Shown here one piece after another: positions 26,047-36,581 of a stretch of 64,000 nt of DNA (within the stretch, counting starts at the first letter, position 1; each line of letters opens with the position of its first letter). This DNA comes from Patescibacteria group bacterium (lineage in GTDB: Bacteria > Patescibacteriota > UBA1384 > DATEAH01), in contig DATEAH010000007.1 of the NCBI GenBank assembly GCA_035288465.1, positions 2,090-66,089 on the forward strand. The letters are read 5' to 3'. The notes beneath the pieces are model-generated. The model saw only the letters and a program-made list of their open reading frames with translations. It was not told the DNA's origin and ran no database searches. A program made the translations under genes and the position numbers.

Positions 26047-28242
26047 ATGAAAGATATTTTGGGAAATCTCAATCCAGAGCAAAAAGAGGCCGTTCTCACC
26101 ACCGAGGGTCCGGTATTAATAATTGCCGGTGCAGGGTCGGGCAAAACTCGAGTCTTAACCCATCGCATCACTTATTTAATTTATCAAAAAAGAATCAGTC
26201 CTCAGCATATTTTAGCAGTTACTTTTACCAATAAAGCCGCCGCGGAAATGAAAAAAAGAATTGCCAAACTTTTAGGTCGAAATGAAAACGACCATTTTCG
26301 GCTGATGCCGTTTTTAGGTACTTTCCATTCAATTTGCGTGCGAATTTTGCGCGAAGAAGCCAAAACCTTGGGTTTTAAATCGAACTTTGCCATTTTTGAT
26401 ACCGCAGATCAAAAAACCGTGGTCAAAAAAGCGATGGAAAAATTACAAATTGATCCCAAGCAATATGCGCCAGAATTAATTTTAAATATGATTTCAGGGG
26501 CGAAAAATGAACTTTTAACCCCTCAAGATTATGCGAAATACGTGAGCAGTTCTTTTCATGAAATAGTTTTGGCAGTGTATGCTGAATACCAGAGGATCTT
26601 GAAAGATAATCAAGCTTTGGATTTTGATGATTTGATTATGAAAACAGTTTGGTTGTACAAAAAATATCCGGAGATTTTAATTAAATGGCAAAAACGCTTT
26701 CAATATATTTTGGTTGATGAATATCAGGATACGAACCGAGCTCAGTATATGTTGGTGAAATTATTAGCAGCTGAGCATAAAAATATTTGTGTGGTTGGAG
26801 ATGATGCGCAGGCAATATACGGCTGGCGCGGAGCAGATATTCGCAATATTTTGAATTTTGAATCGGATTTTCCTAAGACGAAAATCATTAAATTAGAACA
26901 AAATTATCGTTCGACAAAGAGAATTTTAGCCGCGGCACATGAAATAATTTGTAAAAATGTCGTCAAAAAAGAAAAACAGCTTTGGACGGAAAATGAAGAG
27001 GGTGTGCCAGTGACAATTTTTGAAGCCCAAAATGAAAAAAATGAGGCGGAATTTATTGTCAATGAAATTAAAAGCTTATCTGATGATTCGTCTCCGGTCA
27101 GAACTAGTCAGCTTTCGTTAAAAGATTTTGTGGTTTTATACCGCACCAACGCGCAAAGCCGAGCGATTGAGGAAATTTTTCTAAAATATGGTTTGCCGTA
27201 CCGGATCATTGGCGGGACGAAATTTTATAGCCGTAAAGAGATCAAGGACACGCTAGCATATTTACGTGCGATTTATAATTTAGATGATTTGGTAAGTTTG
27301 GAAAGGATTATTAATTTGCCGCCACGCGGAATTACTCCCAAGACTTGGACACAAATTGTGAGTTTGTTTGAAAAAAATGGCAAGGATTTAGAAAAAGTTA
27401 AGATTGGTCTTGATAAATTGGAAATAATCAATAGTCGGGCGCAGAAAGCGGTCACGAAATTTTTGGAATTAATGGCAATATTGCGCGAAGCAGCTCACAA
27501 ATTAAATATTGAAGAATTGATTGATTTTGTTCTATCTGCCACCAAATATAAAGAATATTTGTTAGACGGTACCATTGAAGCTGAAAGCAGATGGGAAAAT
27601 ATCCAAGAATTAAAATCGGTGACGAAGAATTTTAAAAACATGGCACCCATCGATAGCCTGGGTTCGTTTTTGGAAGAGGTGTCTTTGGTAGCGGAAATTG
27701 ATAATTGGGATCCAAATTCTGAAGCCGTCACCTTAATGACCGCGCATAACGCGAAAGGTTTGGAATTTGCGGTAGTATTTATGGTCGGCATGGAAGAGGG
27801 TTTGTTTCCGCACGCCAACAGTTTGTTGGAACCGGCAGAAATGGAAGAGGAACGGCGCTTATGTTATGTGGGGATGACTCGGGCGAAAAAAAGGCTTTAT
27901 TTGCTTTTTGCCAGATCGCGTTTGTTGTATGGTTCAATTCAAGTTAATTTGCGGTCGCGCTTTTTGGATGATTTGTCCAAAGAATTAATTGATGAAATCA
28001 GCCATGAGCAAATTAAACCGGCGAGCCAATCATCGGAAGGGACGGATGTTTCGGTTGATGATATTAATCAAGACCTTGAAACTAATATTTCTTTTACTGA
28101 TGGTGATCGCATTGAACATGAAGAATTTGGACAAGGTATAATTGTGGAATTGGATGGGGATATCGCGACCGTGGCGTTTGCCGGGGTAGGGGTAAAAAAA
28201 CTATCTTTGAGTATCGCGCCAATTAAAAAACTCAAAAACTAA
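26047..28242 (+). CDS. pcrA: ATP-dependent DNA helicase PcrA/UvrD
   Basis: GAGSGKTRVLTHR Walker A; UvrD motifs I-VI; C-terminal Tudor-like tail. Confidence 0.9.
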   Translation: MKDILGNLNPEQKEAVLTTEGPVLIIAGAGSGKTRVLTHRITYLIYQKRISPQHILAVTFTNKAAAEMKKRIAKLLGRNENDHFRLMPFLGTFHSICVRILREEAKTLGFKSNFAIFDTADQKTVVKKAMEKLQIDPKQYAPELILNMISGAKNELLTPQDYAKYVSSSFHEIVLAVYAEYQRILKDNQALDFDDLIMKTVWLYKKYPEILIKWQKRFQYILVDEYQDTNRAQYMLVKLLAAEHKNICVVGDDAQAIYGWRGADIRNILNFESDFPKTKIIKLEQNYRSTKRILAAAHEIICKNVVKKEKQLWTENEEGVPVTIFEAQNEKNEAEFIVNEIKSLSDDSSPVRTSQLSLKDFVVLYRTNAQSRAIEEIFLKYGLPYRIIGGTKFYSRKEIKDTLAYLRAIYNLDDLVSLERIINLPPRGITPKTWTQIVSLFEKNGKDLEKVKIGLDKLEIINSRAQKAVTKFLELMAILREAAHKLNIEELIDFVLSATKYKEYLLDGTIEAESRWENIQELKSVTKNFKNMAPIDSLGSFLEEVSLVAEIDNWDPNSEAVTLMTAHNAKGLEFAVVFMVGMEEGLFPHANSLLEPAEMEEERRLCYVGMTRAKKRLYLLFARSRLLYGSIQVNLRSRFLDDLSKELIDEISHEQIKPASQSSEGTDVSVDDINQDLETNISFTDGDRIEHEEFGQGIIVELDGDIATVAFAGVGVKKLSLSIAPIKKLKN

Positions 28243-28330
28243 AATTTGACAATTTGGAATGCTTTGCTAAAATCAAACAGGAAAGGAGAGGATTATTCTT
28301 TCTTTTTTAAACCGATATAAATTTGGAATA

Positions 28331-29284
28331 GTGCTCACAATATTTTTCTTTTTCTTAGTTTGGCTTGGAATTAGGGGACATCAAAATTCCGCTCAGGTTT
28401 TGGGCGCCCAGATTAGTGCAAAGCCAATCATTATTATTGATAATGGTGTGGAAAGTCAATATTTTGTGACTGAGAGCCGGCTTGCGGAAATCTATGATGA
28501 AATCGGTTTAAAAATTTATCCAGAAGACCGCGTGACGGTTTTAGTTGATCCGCAACTCGGTTTGGGTACTCAAATTCGAATCCGGCGCGCGACGGCGATT
28601 TGGGTCAATGATGGTGGCATTCCGAAAATTTTTCGAACCTGGAAAGAAACTGTAGGGCAATTATTAGACGAAAAACAGATTAAAATTGGGCAACTTGATC
28701 GGTTAACACCGTCTTTGGAAACAACTTTGACAGATAATTTAAAAGTTGTGATCGTGAGGGTGAAACAAAAAGAACAAACCGAAATGGTTTCAATTGCTTT
28801 TGAGACAAATTATAAAAATGATGCTTCGCTTTATATTGGTCAAAATCGGGTGGAACGAAGCGGGGCAAATGGCAAAAAAGAGGTTTTATTCCGTTTAACT
28901 TTTGAAAATAATCAGTTGGTGAGTAAGGATTCAATTAAAGAAAAAATTATTACCGAGCCTACGACAAAAATTGTTTTACGCGGTACCCGTAAAAAAGTAA
29001 CGGTACGGTGTGCTGGATATAATTTATTGGCTGAGGATGCCGCGGCCAAGAATAATATTGATCCGAATTCTTTATGCCGGACAATGATGGCAGAAAGTAA
29101 TGGTCACTCGGATTCATATAATCCAGCTGGACCATATTATGGTTTATTTCAATATGCTTACTCTACTTGGCAATTATTAAGTCCAAAAGCTGATTTTGCT
29201 GGTGCGAGTATTAGTAACGCGCGGGCGCAAATTTATGTGACGGCTTGGGCATGGGCGCACGGCTATCGCGGCCGATGGCCATAG
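28331..29284 (+). CDS. RpfB-like protein (DUF348 repeats + G5 domain + Rpf/lytic-transglycosylase-like domain)
   Basis: N-terminal TM; G5-like middle region; C-terminal ..AESNGHSDSYNPAGPYYGLFQYAYSTW.. transglycosylase-like motif. Confidence 0.65.
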   Translation: MLTIFFFFLVWLGIRGHQNSAQVLGAQISAKPIIIIDNGVESQYFVTESRLAEIYDEIGLKIYPEDRVTVLVDPQLGLGTQIRIRRATAIWVNDGGIPKIFRTWKETVGQLLDEKQIKIGQLDRLTPSLETTLTDNLKVVIVRVKQKEQTEMVSIAFETNYKNDASLYIGQNRVERSGANGKKEVLFRLTFENNQLVSKDSIKEKIITEPTTKIVLRGTRKKVTVRCAGYNLLAEDAAAKNNIDPNSLCRTMMAESNGHSDSYNPAGPYYGLFQYAYSTWQLLSPKADFAGASISNARAQIYVTAWAWAHGYRGRWP

Positions 29285-29361
29285 TTTCGGCTTGGCACTC
29301 GAAAACTTTTTCTATATAATAAGGATAGAGTCATTTATTCTTTTTTCATTTTCGAGGATTT

Positions 29362-30204
29362 ATGAAGCTGACCGACAAAAAAGTGCTGGCGGAAATCTTA
29401 TCGCAGCATCATTTATGGGCACAAAAAAGACTGGGTCAGAATTTTTTGTCGGATTTTGAGGTTTTGCAAAAAATTGTTCAAACCGCGGAGATTAACCATA
29501 AAGATTATGTGGTTGAAGTTGGAGCCGGGATTGGGACCCTAACTGATCAACTTTGCCAAAACGCGAGATGGGTAATGGCAGTCGAAGTCGATCCTAATAT
29601 GGTGAAAATTTTACAAGAAACCTGTGGTCATTATTTAAATTTAAAAATTATCCAAAAAAATATTTTGGGTTTAGAATTGAATCGAGTTTTAGGCAAAATT
29701 GCTGAATACAAAGTGGTCGCAAATTTACCTTATTATATTACCCAGCCAGTTTTGCGATATTTTTTAGAAAATGAAACCAAGCCCGAGAGTATGGTTTTGA
29801 TGGTTCAAAAAGAAGTCGCGGAAAGACTCTGTGCGAAACCGGGCGAAATGAGTTTGTTATCGGTTTCGGTCCAATTTTTTGGCCAGCCCAAATTAATTCA
29901 GATTGTGAAAGCTGAAAGTTTTTTCCCAGCTCCCAAAGTAGATTCAGCCATTATTAGAATTAATAAAATTCGCGAAAGATTTCTCGAAGTTTCGCAACCA
30001 TTATTTTTTACTTTAGTTAAGGCTGGATTTTCGGAAAGACGAAAACAAATTCATAATTCACTTGCGACTAGCTTACAATTAGCACCCGAAACAGTGCAAA
30101 AAATATTAACCCAAGCTGAAATCGATCCTACGCGTCGAGCTCAGACTTTATCAATGGAGGAATGGCATGAACTCTACCAAGCCTTTACCAGAGAACAAAC
30201 CTGA
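29362..30204 (+). CDS. rsmA: 16S rRNA (adenine1518/1519-N6)-dimethyltransferase RsmA/KsgA
   Basis: LGQNFLSD...VVEVGAGIGTLT SAM motif. Confidence 0.9.
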   Translation: MKLTDKKVLAEILSQHHLWAQKRLGQNFLSDFEVLQKIVQTAEINHKDYVVEVGAGIGTLTDQLCQNARWVMAVEVDPNMVKILQETCGHYLNLKIIQKNILGLELNRVLGKIAEYKVVANLPYYITQPVLRYFLENETKPESMVLMVQKEVAERLCAKPGEMSLLSVSVQFFGQPKLIQIVKAESFFPAPKVDSAIIRINKIRERFLEVSQPLFFTLVKAGFSERRKQIHNSLATSLQLAPETVQKILTQAEIDPTRRAQTLSMEEWHELYQAFTREQT

Positions 30205-31771
30205 AGAAGAATCTGCATCGTCAAAAAATGAGCAATTAAATGTTCAACCTGATTCGCAAACTCCGGAAAAATTGCCAGAAGAAAAACCAGCAGGAATAGT
30301 TCGAAAAGGGATTGATACTACCGGTGCGATTGTAAAGGGCGGGGCTGAGTTGGGAATTAAGGGCGCCGAAAAAGGTGCCGAAATTACCGAAAAAGGTTTT
30401 GAGGTCGCGGGTAAAAGTTTGGAATTAGTTGGTAAGGGAGTAGAAGCCACTGGCAAGGGTGTTCAATATGCGGGTAAAGGAGTGGAATACACGGGCGTGG
30501 TAGTGGAAGGAGAAGTTAAATCTGGTCTAAAATATCTTTCTGGCATAATCAAGAATCGTCGTGGCATTAAAGATTTTTTCTGGAAATCAAAACGGGGTGT
30601 TATCACCGGTAGTGCCGATAATGATCCTTCTGGTATAGTCACGTATACTCAGATTGGAGCAATCGCTGGGTTCCAGTTGCTTTGGCTTTGTTTGGTGGCT
30701 TGGCCGTTGTTGACGGTAGTCGAAGAAATGTCAGCCCGCATTGGCGTCGTTACCAAAAAAGGTGTAAACTCTATTGTTATTGAGAATTATGGCCGAGCCT
30801 GGGCATATTTGGCGACTTTGATAATTTTAATTTGTAATACTTTTACAATGGGCGCAGACATTGCGGCAATGGCTGATGTGGCTTCAATATTAACTAAAAT
30901 TCCGGAATTAGTGTATATCTTATTGCTGGGTGGAATATTTTTCTGGTTACTTTGGACCAAAGGTTATCAAGCAATTAGCCGTTATTTGTTTTTATTAACC
31001 CCTTTCTTTTTGTTATATATTGGTTCGGCTTTATTTTTAAATGTTCCTTGGGGTGAAGTTTTAAAGAATACTTTAGTTCCGACCTTGGGATCAATTAATA
31101 TGAGTTTTGCTTTAATTGCGGTGGCATTTTTAGGAACAACCTTAACCCCGTTTTTAATTTATTGGGAAGCAACACAGGAAATTGAGGAAAATAAAACCGT
31201 CGCCAAACTTCATGATGAGAGTATTGGGGTTACATCAGGGATGTTTTTTTCGCAGTTTATTGCTTTTTTCATTATTGTCGCCGCCGCCGCGGTTTTTGCT
31301 GGTGCAAATCATGAGTTAAATTCAGCCCGCGAAATTGCCTTAGCGTTCAAGCCATTAGGTAAAATGTCATTTTTACTCTATTCTTTAGGGATATTAGGAT
31401 CTGGTTTTTTGGCAATTCCGGTAATGGCAGCTTCAACAGGATATACTTTTTCGGAAACCTTTGGTTGGAAAAAAGGTTTGGATCAGCCATATTCAAAAGC
31501 AAAAGGATTTTATGCAGTAATGATTTTAACTTTAATTTTTGGAGTAGCAATTGCTTTATTGAAATTTAATCCAGTTTTAGCTTTGGTTTATTCCCAGGTT
31601 TTAAACGGTTTATTGATGCCAGTTTTGGTGGTGTTATTATTGTTTATTTGTAATAATAAAAAAATTATGGGTCAACACACAAATCGGGTTTGGAGTAATA
31701 TTTTTGGTTTTTTGGCCTTGATTGTTTTAGTTTTAGCTGATTTTGCCTTAATATTTCAGTGGTTAAAATAA
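30167..31771 (+). CDS. mntH: NRAMP-family divalent metal transporter (MntH-like) with an N-terminal KG-repeat extension
   Basis: GSADNDPSGIVTYTQIGAIAGFQLLWL...MSARIGVVT matches the Nramp DPGN/MPH region; ~130-aa N-terminal (K/E)G(A/V)E repeats. Confidence 0.75.
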   Translation: MNSTKPLPENKPEEESASSKNEQLNVQPDSQTPEKLPEEKPAGIVRKGIDTTGAIVKGGAELGIKGAEKGAEITEKGFEVAGKSLELVGKGVEATGKGVQYAGKGVEYTGVVVEGEVKSGLKYLSGIIKNRRGIKDFFWKSKRGVITGSADNDPSGIVTYTQIGAIAGFQLLWLCLVAWPLLTVVEEMSARIGVVTKKGVNSIVIENYGRAWAYLATLIILICNTFTMGADIAAMADVASILTKIPELVYILLLGGIFFWLLWTKGYQAISRYLFLLTPFFLLYIGSALFLNVPWGEVLKNTLVPTLGSINMSFALIAVAFLGTTLTPFLIYWEATQEIEENKTVAKLHDESIGVTSGMFFSQFIAFFIIVAAAAVFAGANHELNSAREIALAFKPLGKMSFLLYSLGILGSGFLAIPVMAASTGYTFSETFGWKKGLDQPYSKAKGFYAVMILTLIFGVAIALLKFNPVLALVYSQVLNGLLMPVLVVLLLFICNNKKIMGQHTNRVWSNIFGFLALIVLVLADFALIFQWLK

Positions 31772-31783
31772 CTTTGAGGAAAT

Positions 31784-32464
31784 ATGAATTTGGGAACTTT
31801 ATATATTGTTGCCACCCCGATTGGTAATTTGGCGGATATTACCTTGCGAGCTTTAGAAACTTTGAAAAAAGTTGATTTGATCGCGGCCGAAGACACTCGT
31901 CTGACCACTCGGCTGCTATCAAGATATGAAATTAAAAAACCGCTTATTTCTTATCACCAACATTCGCGCTTATCGAAAATTGACGAGATTATTTGGGAAT
32001 TAAAAAATGGTAAGCAGGTGGCTCTGGTGTCAGATGCGGGTACGCCTGGGATTGCTGATCCTGGTGCCAGCTTGATTTTAAAAGCGCTTGAGAATAAAAT
32101 AGAGATTATCCCGATTCCAGGAGCGCAAGCAGCCGTCACTGCCTTATCAGTGAGTGGTTTTTCGGAATCAAAATTTATTTTTGTGGGATTTTTACCTAAG
32201 AAAAAAGGTCGTCAAACTTTATTAACACAACTTTCGGAAATGGTTTTTGAGGGCGTATTGATTTTTTACGAATCACCATATCGTATTAATAAAACCTTGC
32301 TGGACTTGCAGAACTATTTTGGTGACATTGAAGTAGTAGTGGCTCGAGAATTGACAAAGATTTATGAAAGCTTTTATCGAGGAAAAATTAGCGAAGTTGA
32401 AAAACAAATTAAGGCTAAGGGAGAATTTGTAATATGCCTCAAAAAAGCTATCAATGCCAAATAA
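31784..32464 (+). CDS. rsmI: 16S rRNA (cytidine1402-2'-O)-methyltransferase RsmI
   Basis: LYIVATPIGNLADITLRALETLKKVDLIAAEDTR. Confidence 0.9.
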   Translation: MNLGTLYIVATPIGNLADITLRALETLKKVDLIAAEDTRLTTRLLSRYEIKKPLISYHQHSRLSKIDEIIWELKNGKQVALVSDAGTPGIADPGASLILKALENKIEIIPIPGAQAAVTALSVSGFSESKFIFVGFLPKKKGRQTLLTQLSEMVFEGVLIFYESPYRINKTLLDLQNYFGDIEVVVARELTKIYESFYRGKISEVEKQIKAKGEFVICLKKAINAK

Positions 32465-32715
32465 CAGGTCGGGTTCAAGGAGTCTTTTTCAGGTCGTATT
32501 TAAAAAAACATGCCGATAATTTGCACCTGGCAGGTTGGGCAAAAAATGAGCCTTCAGGTTCGGTTTTACTTGAAGTCCAAGGTGAAGGGGACGCGGTAGA
32601 TGAATTTTTAAAACTGGTTAAAATCGGGTCTGAAAATGCAAAAATTACTAAAGTTAAAGTTCGCAAAATCCCCAATCAAACAAATTTAAAAGAATTTATA
32701 ATTAAAATAATTTAA
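32434..32715 (+). CDS. acyP: Acylphosphatase
   Basis: ITGRVQGVFFRSY...GWAKNEPSGSVLLEVQG acylphosphatase signatures. Confidence 0.8.
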   Translation: MPQKSYQCQITGRVQGVFFRSYLKKHADNLHLAGWAKNEPSGSVLLEVQGEGDAVDEFLKLVKIGSENAKITKVKVRKIPNQTNLKEFIIKII

Positions 32716-32722
32716 GGTTAAA

Positions 32723-34129
32723 ATGAAAAAATTTTATCTCACCACGCCAATTTATTATGTTAATGATAAGCCTCATATCGGTCATGCTTACACGACAATC
32801 GCCGCTGACGTAATCGCGAGATATTATCGTGCCAAAAATAAACCAGTGATGTTTTTGACCGGTACTGACGAGCATGGTAAAAAAGTCGCTGAGGCGGCTG
32901 AGAAAAATAAGACGACGCCGCAACAATTTGTCGATGATATTTCCGGGCATTTTAAATCAGCTTGGCAAAAATTAAATATTTCCAATGATTATTTTATCCG
33001 CACCACGGATGTGAACCATGTCCAGGTAGTAAATAAGGTTTTACGACAATTATTTAAAGCGGGTTTAATTTATAAAAGTAATTATGAAGGGTTATATTGT
33101 GTAAGTTGCGAGGAGTTTAAAACTGATAAGGATTTGGTTGATGGACTTTGCGCAATTCATAAAACTAAACCCGAGAAAATTAAAGAGGAGTGTTATTTCC
33201 TCAAAGTCTCAAAATATCAATCGCAGCTGCAGGAATTAATCACCAAAGGCGATTTAGAGATAAGTCCTCAGACTCGAAAAAATGAAATTATTAGTTTTTT
33301 GAAAAATGAAAAATTAACTGATGTGGCAATTTCCCGTCAAAAGGAAAAAGTTGATTGGGGAATTAGTTTGCCTTTTGATAAAAATTATACCACTTATGTT
33401 TGGGTGGATGCGCTTTTAAATTATTTAACCGCGACAAATTGGCCAGATAAGGATTTTGATCAAGTTTGGCCGCCCGACCTTCAATTGATGGCGAAAGATA
33501 TTTTGCGAATTCATAGCACGGTATGGCCGGCGATTATTTTAGGTCTTGGTTTAAAATTACCCAAGAAAATCTTTGCCCACGGTTTTTTTACTATTAATGG
33601 TCACAAAATGAGCAAGAGTTTAAATAATGTGGTTGATCCGGTAAAATTAGCTGATGAGTATGGGGCAGATGTAGTTCGATATTTTTTACTGCGCGAATTT
33701 ACTTTTGGTCATGATGGTGATTTTAATTTAGAGAGATTTGCCGAGCGATACAACGCTGATTTAGCCAACGATTTGGGTAATTTAGTACAACGAATTTTAA
33801 GTTTAGCCAAAAATAACCAAATTCAGACCATTCCCGATAAGACAAAAACTTTAACCGAGGTTGAAAAAGATTTGGAAAATTTGAAGTTTAAGGATGCTTT
33901 AGACCGGATTTGGGAATTTGTGGTGACCGCAAATCAAGAGATAGAACTTGCCGAGCCGTGGAAATTAGCCAAAACCGAGCCTGTGAAATTTGCCAAATTT
34001 ATTGGGGAAATGGTCGTGAAAATTAGTCTGATTGCCAACTCATTAGCGCCATTTATGCCTAAAACTAGTGCACAAATTTTAAAGCAGATTAAAACTCAGG
34101 AAATTGAACCGATATTTCCTAAAAAATAA
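32723..34129 (+). CDS. metG: Methionine--tRNA ligase (short form without C-terminal tRNA-binding domain)
   Basis: HIGH-type PHIGHAY; KMSKS; zinc knuckle CVSCEEF...CAIH. Confidence 0.9.
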   Translation: MKKFYLTTPIYYVNDKPHIGHAYTTIAADVIARYYRAKNKPVMFLTGTDEHGKKVAEAAEKNKTTPQQFVDDISGHFKSAWQKLNISNDYFIRTTDVNHVQVVNKVLRQLFKAGLIYKSNYEGLYCVSCEEFKTDKDLVDGLCAIHKTKPEKIKEECYFLKVSKYQSQLQELITKGDLEISPQTRKNEIISFLKNEKLTDVAISRQKEKVDWGISLPFDKNYTTYVWVDALLNYLTATNWPDKDFDQVWPPDLQLMAKDILRIHSTVWPAIILGLGLKLPKKIFAHGFFTINGHKMSKSLNNVVDPVKLADEYGADVVRYFLLREFTFGHDGDFNLERFAERYNADLANDLGNLVQRILSLAKNNQIQTIPDKTKTLTEVEKDLENLKFKDALDRIWEFVVTANQEIELAEPWKLAKTEPVKFAKFIGEMVVKISLIANSLAPFMPKTSAQILKQIKTQEIEPIFPKK

Positions 34130-34166
34130 ATTATTTCAGCCAATTTTTTGACCCAAAGGAGGGTTT

Positions 34167-35006
34167 TTGATTTTGTACCCATTACTGGCGATGCTAAGTA
34201 ATGTTATCGGAATTGTGGTTGATAAATTTGCTTTATCTCGCCAGAAAATTCAACTCGATGTTTTTAAAGTGACTTTATTTCTATTGTTGTGTTTATTTAC
34301 CGCAATTTTTTTGCCATTTTTAGGCTCGATAAATATTACTAAAGCCTTAACACCAACCTATTTAATTATTTTTGGACTAATGTTGGTAACGGCAATTGTC
34401 TGGAATATTTTTTATTATCAAGGGATTCAAAAAGAGAAACTTTATGAGTTTCAAACGATCATTACTTTTACTCCCTTAGTGACGATCTTGTTGGCGAGTT
34501 TGCTCTTCATCGAAGAGAGAAAATGGCAAGTTGAATTGGCAGCAATAATTGCGAGTTTGGCATTAATTTTTGCCCATGTCAGAAAATCTCATTTCCAGAT
34601 TAGCCAATATTCTGCGGGTTTGATAATTTGTGTTATTTTAACCTCCCTAGAATTAATTTTAATTAAAGTTTTGTTAAATGTTTATTCGCCAGTGAGCTTG
34701 TATTTTTTGAGGACTTTAATTATTTTTATCTTTTTTGCGCTTTGGTACCGTCCCAATTTAAATAATTTACCAAAATCAGGTTTGGCTTTAATTGCGGCCT
34801 CAGCGGTAATGGGGGCGGCACAAATGATTTTGAAGTTTTACGGTTTTGAATTTTTTGGAGTGGTCTATACTGTGATGGTGATGACTTTGGGACCGATTTT
34901 GGTTTATTTGTCTTGTTTTTTGATTTTTAAAGAGGAATTAAAAAAAAGAACTATTTTGGCGGCGCTGGTAATTTTGGCCTGTATAGTTTGGGCGACGTTT
35001 CAATAA
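34167..35006 (+). CDS. EamA/DMT-family membrane transporter
   Basis: TTG start after AAGGAGGG; ~10 TM helices with an EamA-like duplication. Confidence 0.55.
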   Translation: MILYPLLAMLSNVIGIVVDKFALSRQKIQLDVFKVTLFLLLCLFTAIFLPFLGSINITKALTPTYLIIFGLMLVTAIVWNIFYYQGIQKEKLYEFQTIITFTPLVTILLASLLFIEERKWQVELAAIIASLALIFAHVRKSHFQISQYSAGLIICVILTSLELILIKVLLNVYSPVSLYFLRTLIIFIFFALWYRPNLNNLPKSGLALIAASAVMGAAQMILKFYGFEFFGVVYTVMVMTLGPILVYLSCFLIFKEELKKRTILAALVILACIVWATFQ

Positions 35007-35064
35007 AATTACTAAATAGTGCTGACAATACAGAATTCTTGAGAACTATTTAGAATTTGAGAAC

Positions 35065-35994
35065 CTATTTTTTCTTTTTAATTTGATGAGAGATTTTTCC
35101 GGTCTTAGTCCGATATACATCTCCTAAATCGGAAAATAATTTTTCGACTTTTTTTTCGTCCATATAACGATGCAAATGTGGAGTTAAATTTTCGGCTTTA
35201 TCCTGCAACTCTGATTCTTTTGATTTTAGTTCTAAATATTTTAAAACGATTTCATCAATACTTCTTTTTTGTTGGCGAAATCGGTCTTTCATAATGGGAC
35301 AAAACTGTTGAAAATCGCACCAACCACAAAGCGGACCCGGTTTTGGTGCAAATTTTTCTAATGAAATTTGTTCAGCAGTTTTGTTCACCGTTTCTTCGAG
35401 CTGTTGGTGATCCTCTTTTTGCCTTTTAGTGCTTAATTTTAAATCCGGTGCTAAAAAATGGAGCGAGAGTTTAACATCGGTCAGGTGGGGCCATTTTTGT
35501 TTGGCGGCCCAATCGTACATAGTGAGCTGTAAATTATCATCAACTTTGTCTTGTGTCGGTACCCGGCCAGTTTTATAATCAATGATCTCAAAATGATTAT
35601 CAGTTATTTTATCAACCCGGTCAAAAACCCCGGAAATGTTATGTTCGCCCATTGGCAAGACAAATTTTTCTTCAATACTGACAACGGCCGGCATGGCTTT
35701 TTTGATTCGGGAATAAAAATTTTCCACAATTTTCAGGCCATTGGCAAAATAATTTTGCGCCACTTCATTTTCGGCAAAAATGCTCTTATCGAAATTTTCG
35801 GAGTAGAGTTTGATTGTTTCTGCTTGAGTTGGTAAATGATAAACATCTTCCAAAATAAACTTTAAGGTTTCGTGGAGATGATTGCCAAACCACATTTTTT
35901 CCGAAGGTTTGGTGGGGAGGCGATCGAGATATTGGAATTTAAACATTAAGGGACACGTTTGATAAGTATTAATCGCAGAATATGAAAGTCTCAT
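35065..35994 (-). CDS. PD-(D/E)XK (Cas4/RecB-like) nuclease with C-terminal 4-Cys Fe-S cluster motif
   Basis: N-terminal C-x in CPLMF, D-x..EIIDYK core, C-terminal CGWCDFQQFCP; no CRISPR array nearby. Confidence 0.65.
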   Translation of the reverse strand: MRLSYSAINTYQTCPLMFKFQYLDRLPTKPSEKMWFGNHLHETLKFILEDVYHLPTQAETIKLYSENFDKSIFAENEVAQNYFANGLKIVENFYSRIKKAMPAVVSIEEKFVLPMGEHNISGVFDRVDKITDNHFEIIDYKTGRVPTQDKVDDNLQLTMYDWAAKQKWPHLTDVKLSLHFLAPDLKLSTKRQKEDHQQLEETVNKTAEQISLEKFAPKPGPLCGWCDFQQFCPIMKDRFRQQKRSIDEIVLKYLELKSKESELQDKAENLTPHLHRYMDEKKVEKLFSDLGDVYRTKTGKISHQIKKKK

Positions 35995-36149
35995 AAAATC
36001 CTCCGGATTATTTAATAACTAATATCTAATTTCCCCAAAGGGGAGCCTTCGGCTCTAATGCCTAATCAGCCCCCAATGATTAAATGACGAAATGGCTAAA
36101 ATTTAATTTCAGGCATTAGGTATTTATTAGGTCAATTAGAATAATTAGG

Positions 36150-36581
36150 TTAATTTTTCTTTTTATTATGTTGGTAATTTTCAATCGCTTTTTTAATACC
36201 TTCGGCAGCCAAAACCGAGCAATGCATTTTAACTGGTGGTAATCCTTGTAAGGCATCAGCGATTGCTTGATTAGTTAATTTTATCGCTTCGCGAAGTGGT
36301 TTGCCCATAATCATTTGTGTGGCCATGGAAGAGGTGGCAATCGCGGCGCCACAGCCTAAAGTTTCTACTTTAACATCGGCAACATATTCAGTATCTTTAC
36401 CTTTAATTTTTTTGGTTTTAACCTTAATATAATATTTTGCCACGTCACCGCATCTGGGATTGCCAACGACCGCTTCTCCAGAGGGGTTTTTCATGGCGCC
36501 AATATTTTGTGGGTGCATAAAGTTTTCTAAAACTTTTTTGCTATATAAATGATCTATTTTTGCTCCTAATTTAATGAGCAT
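36150..36581 (-). CDS. Fe-S cluster assembly scaffold NifU/IscU-like
   Basis: NPRCGDV...GCGAAIATS...C conserved cysteines. Confidence 0.85.
   Translation of the reverse strand: MLIKLGAKIDHLYSKKVLENFMHPQNIGAMKNPSGEAVVGNPRCGDVAKYYIKVKTKKIKGKDTEYVADVKVETLGCGAAIATSSMATQMIMGKPLREAIKLTNQAIADALQGLPPVKMHCSVLAAEGIKKAIENYQHNKKKN

Noticed and set aside
35065-35994. Calling the PD-(D/E)XK nuclease a CRISPR-associated Cas4
   Set aside because: No CRISPR repeats or other cas genes within 64 kb; annotated generically as a Cas4/RecB-like nuclease.
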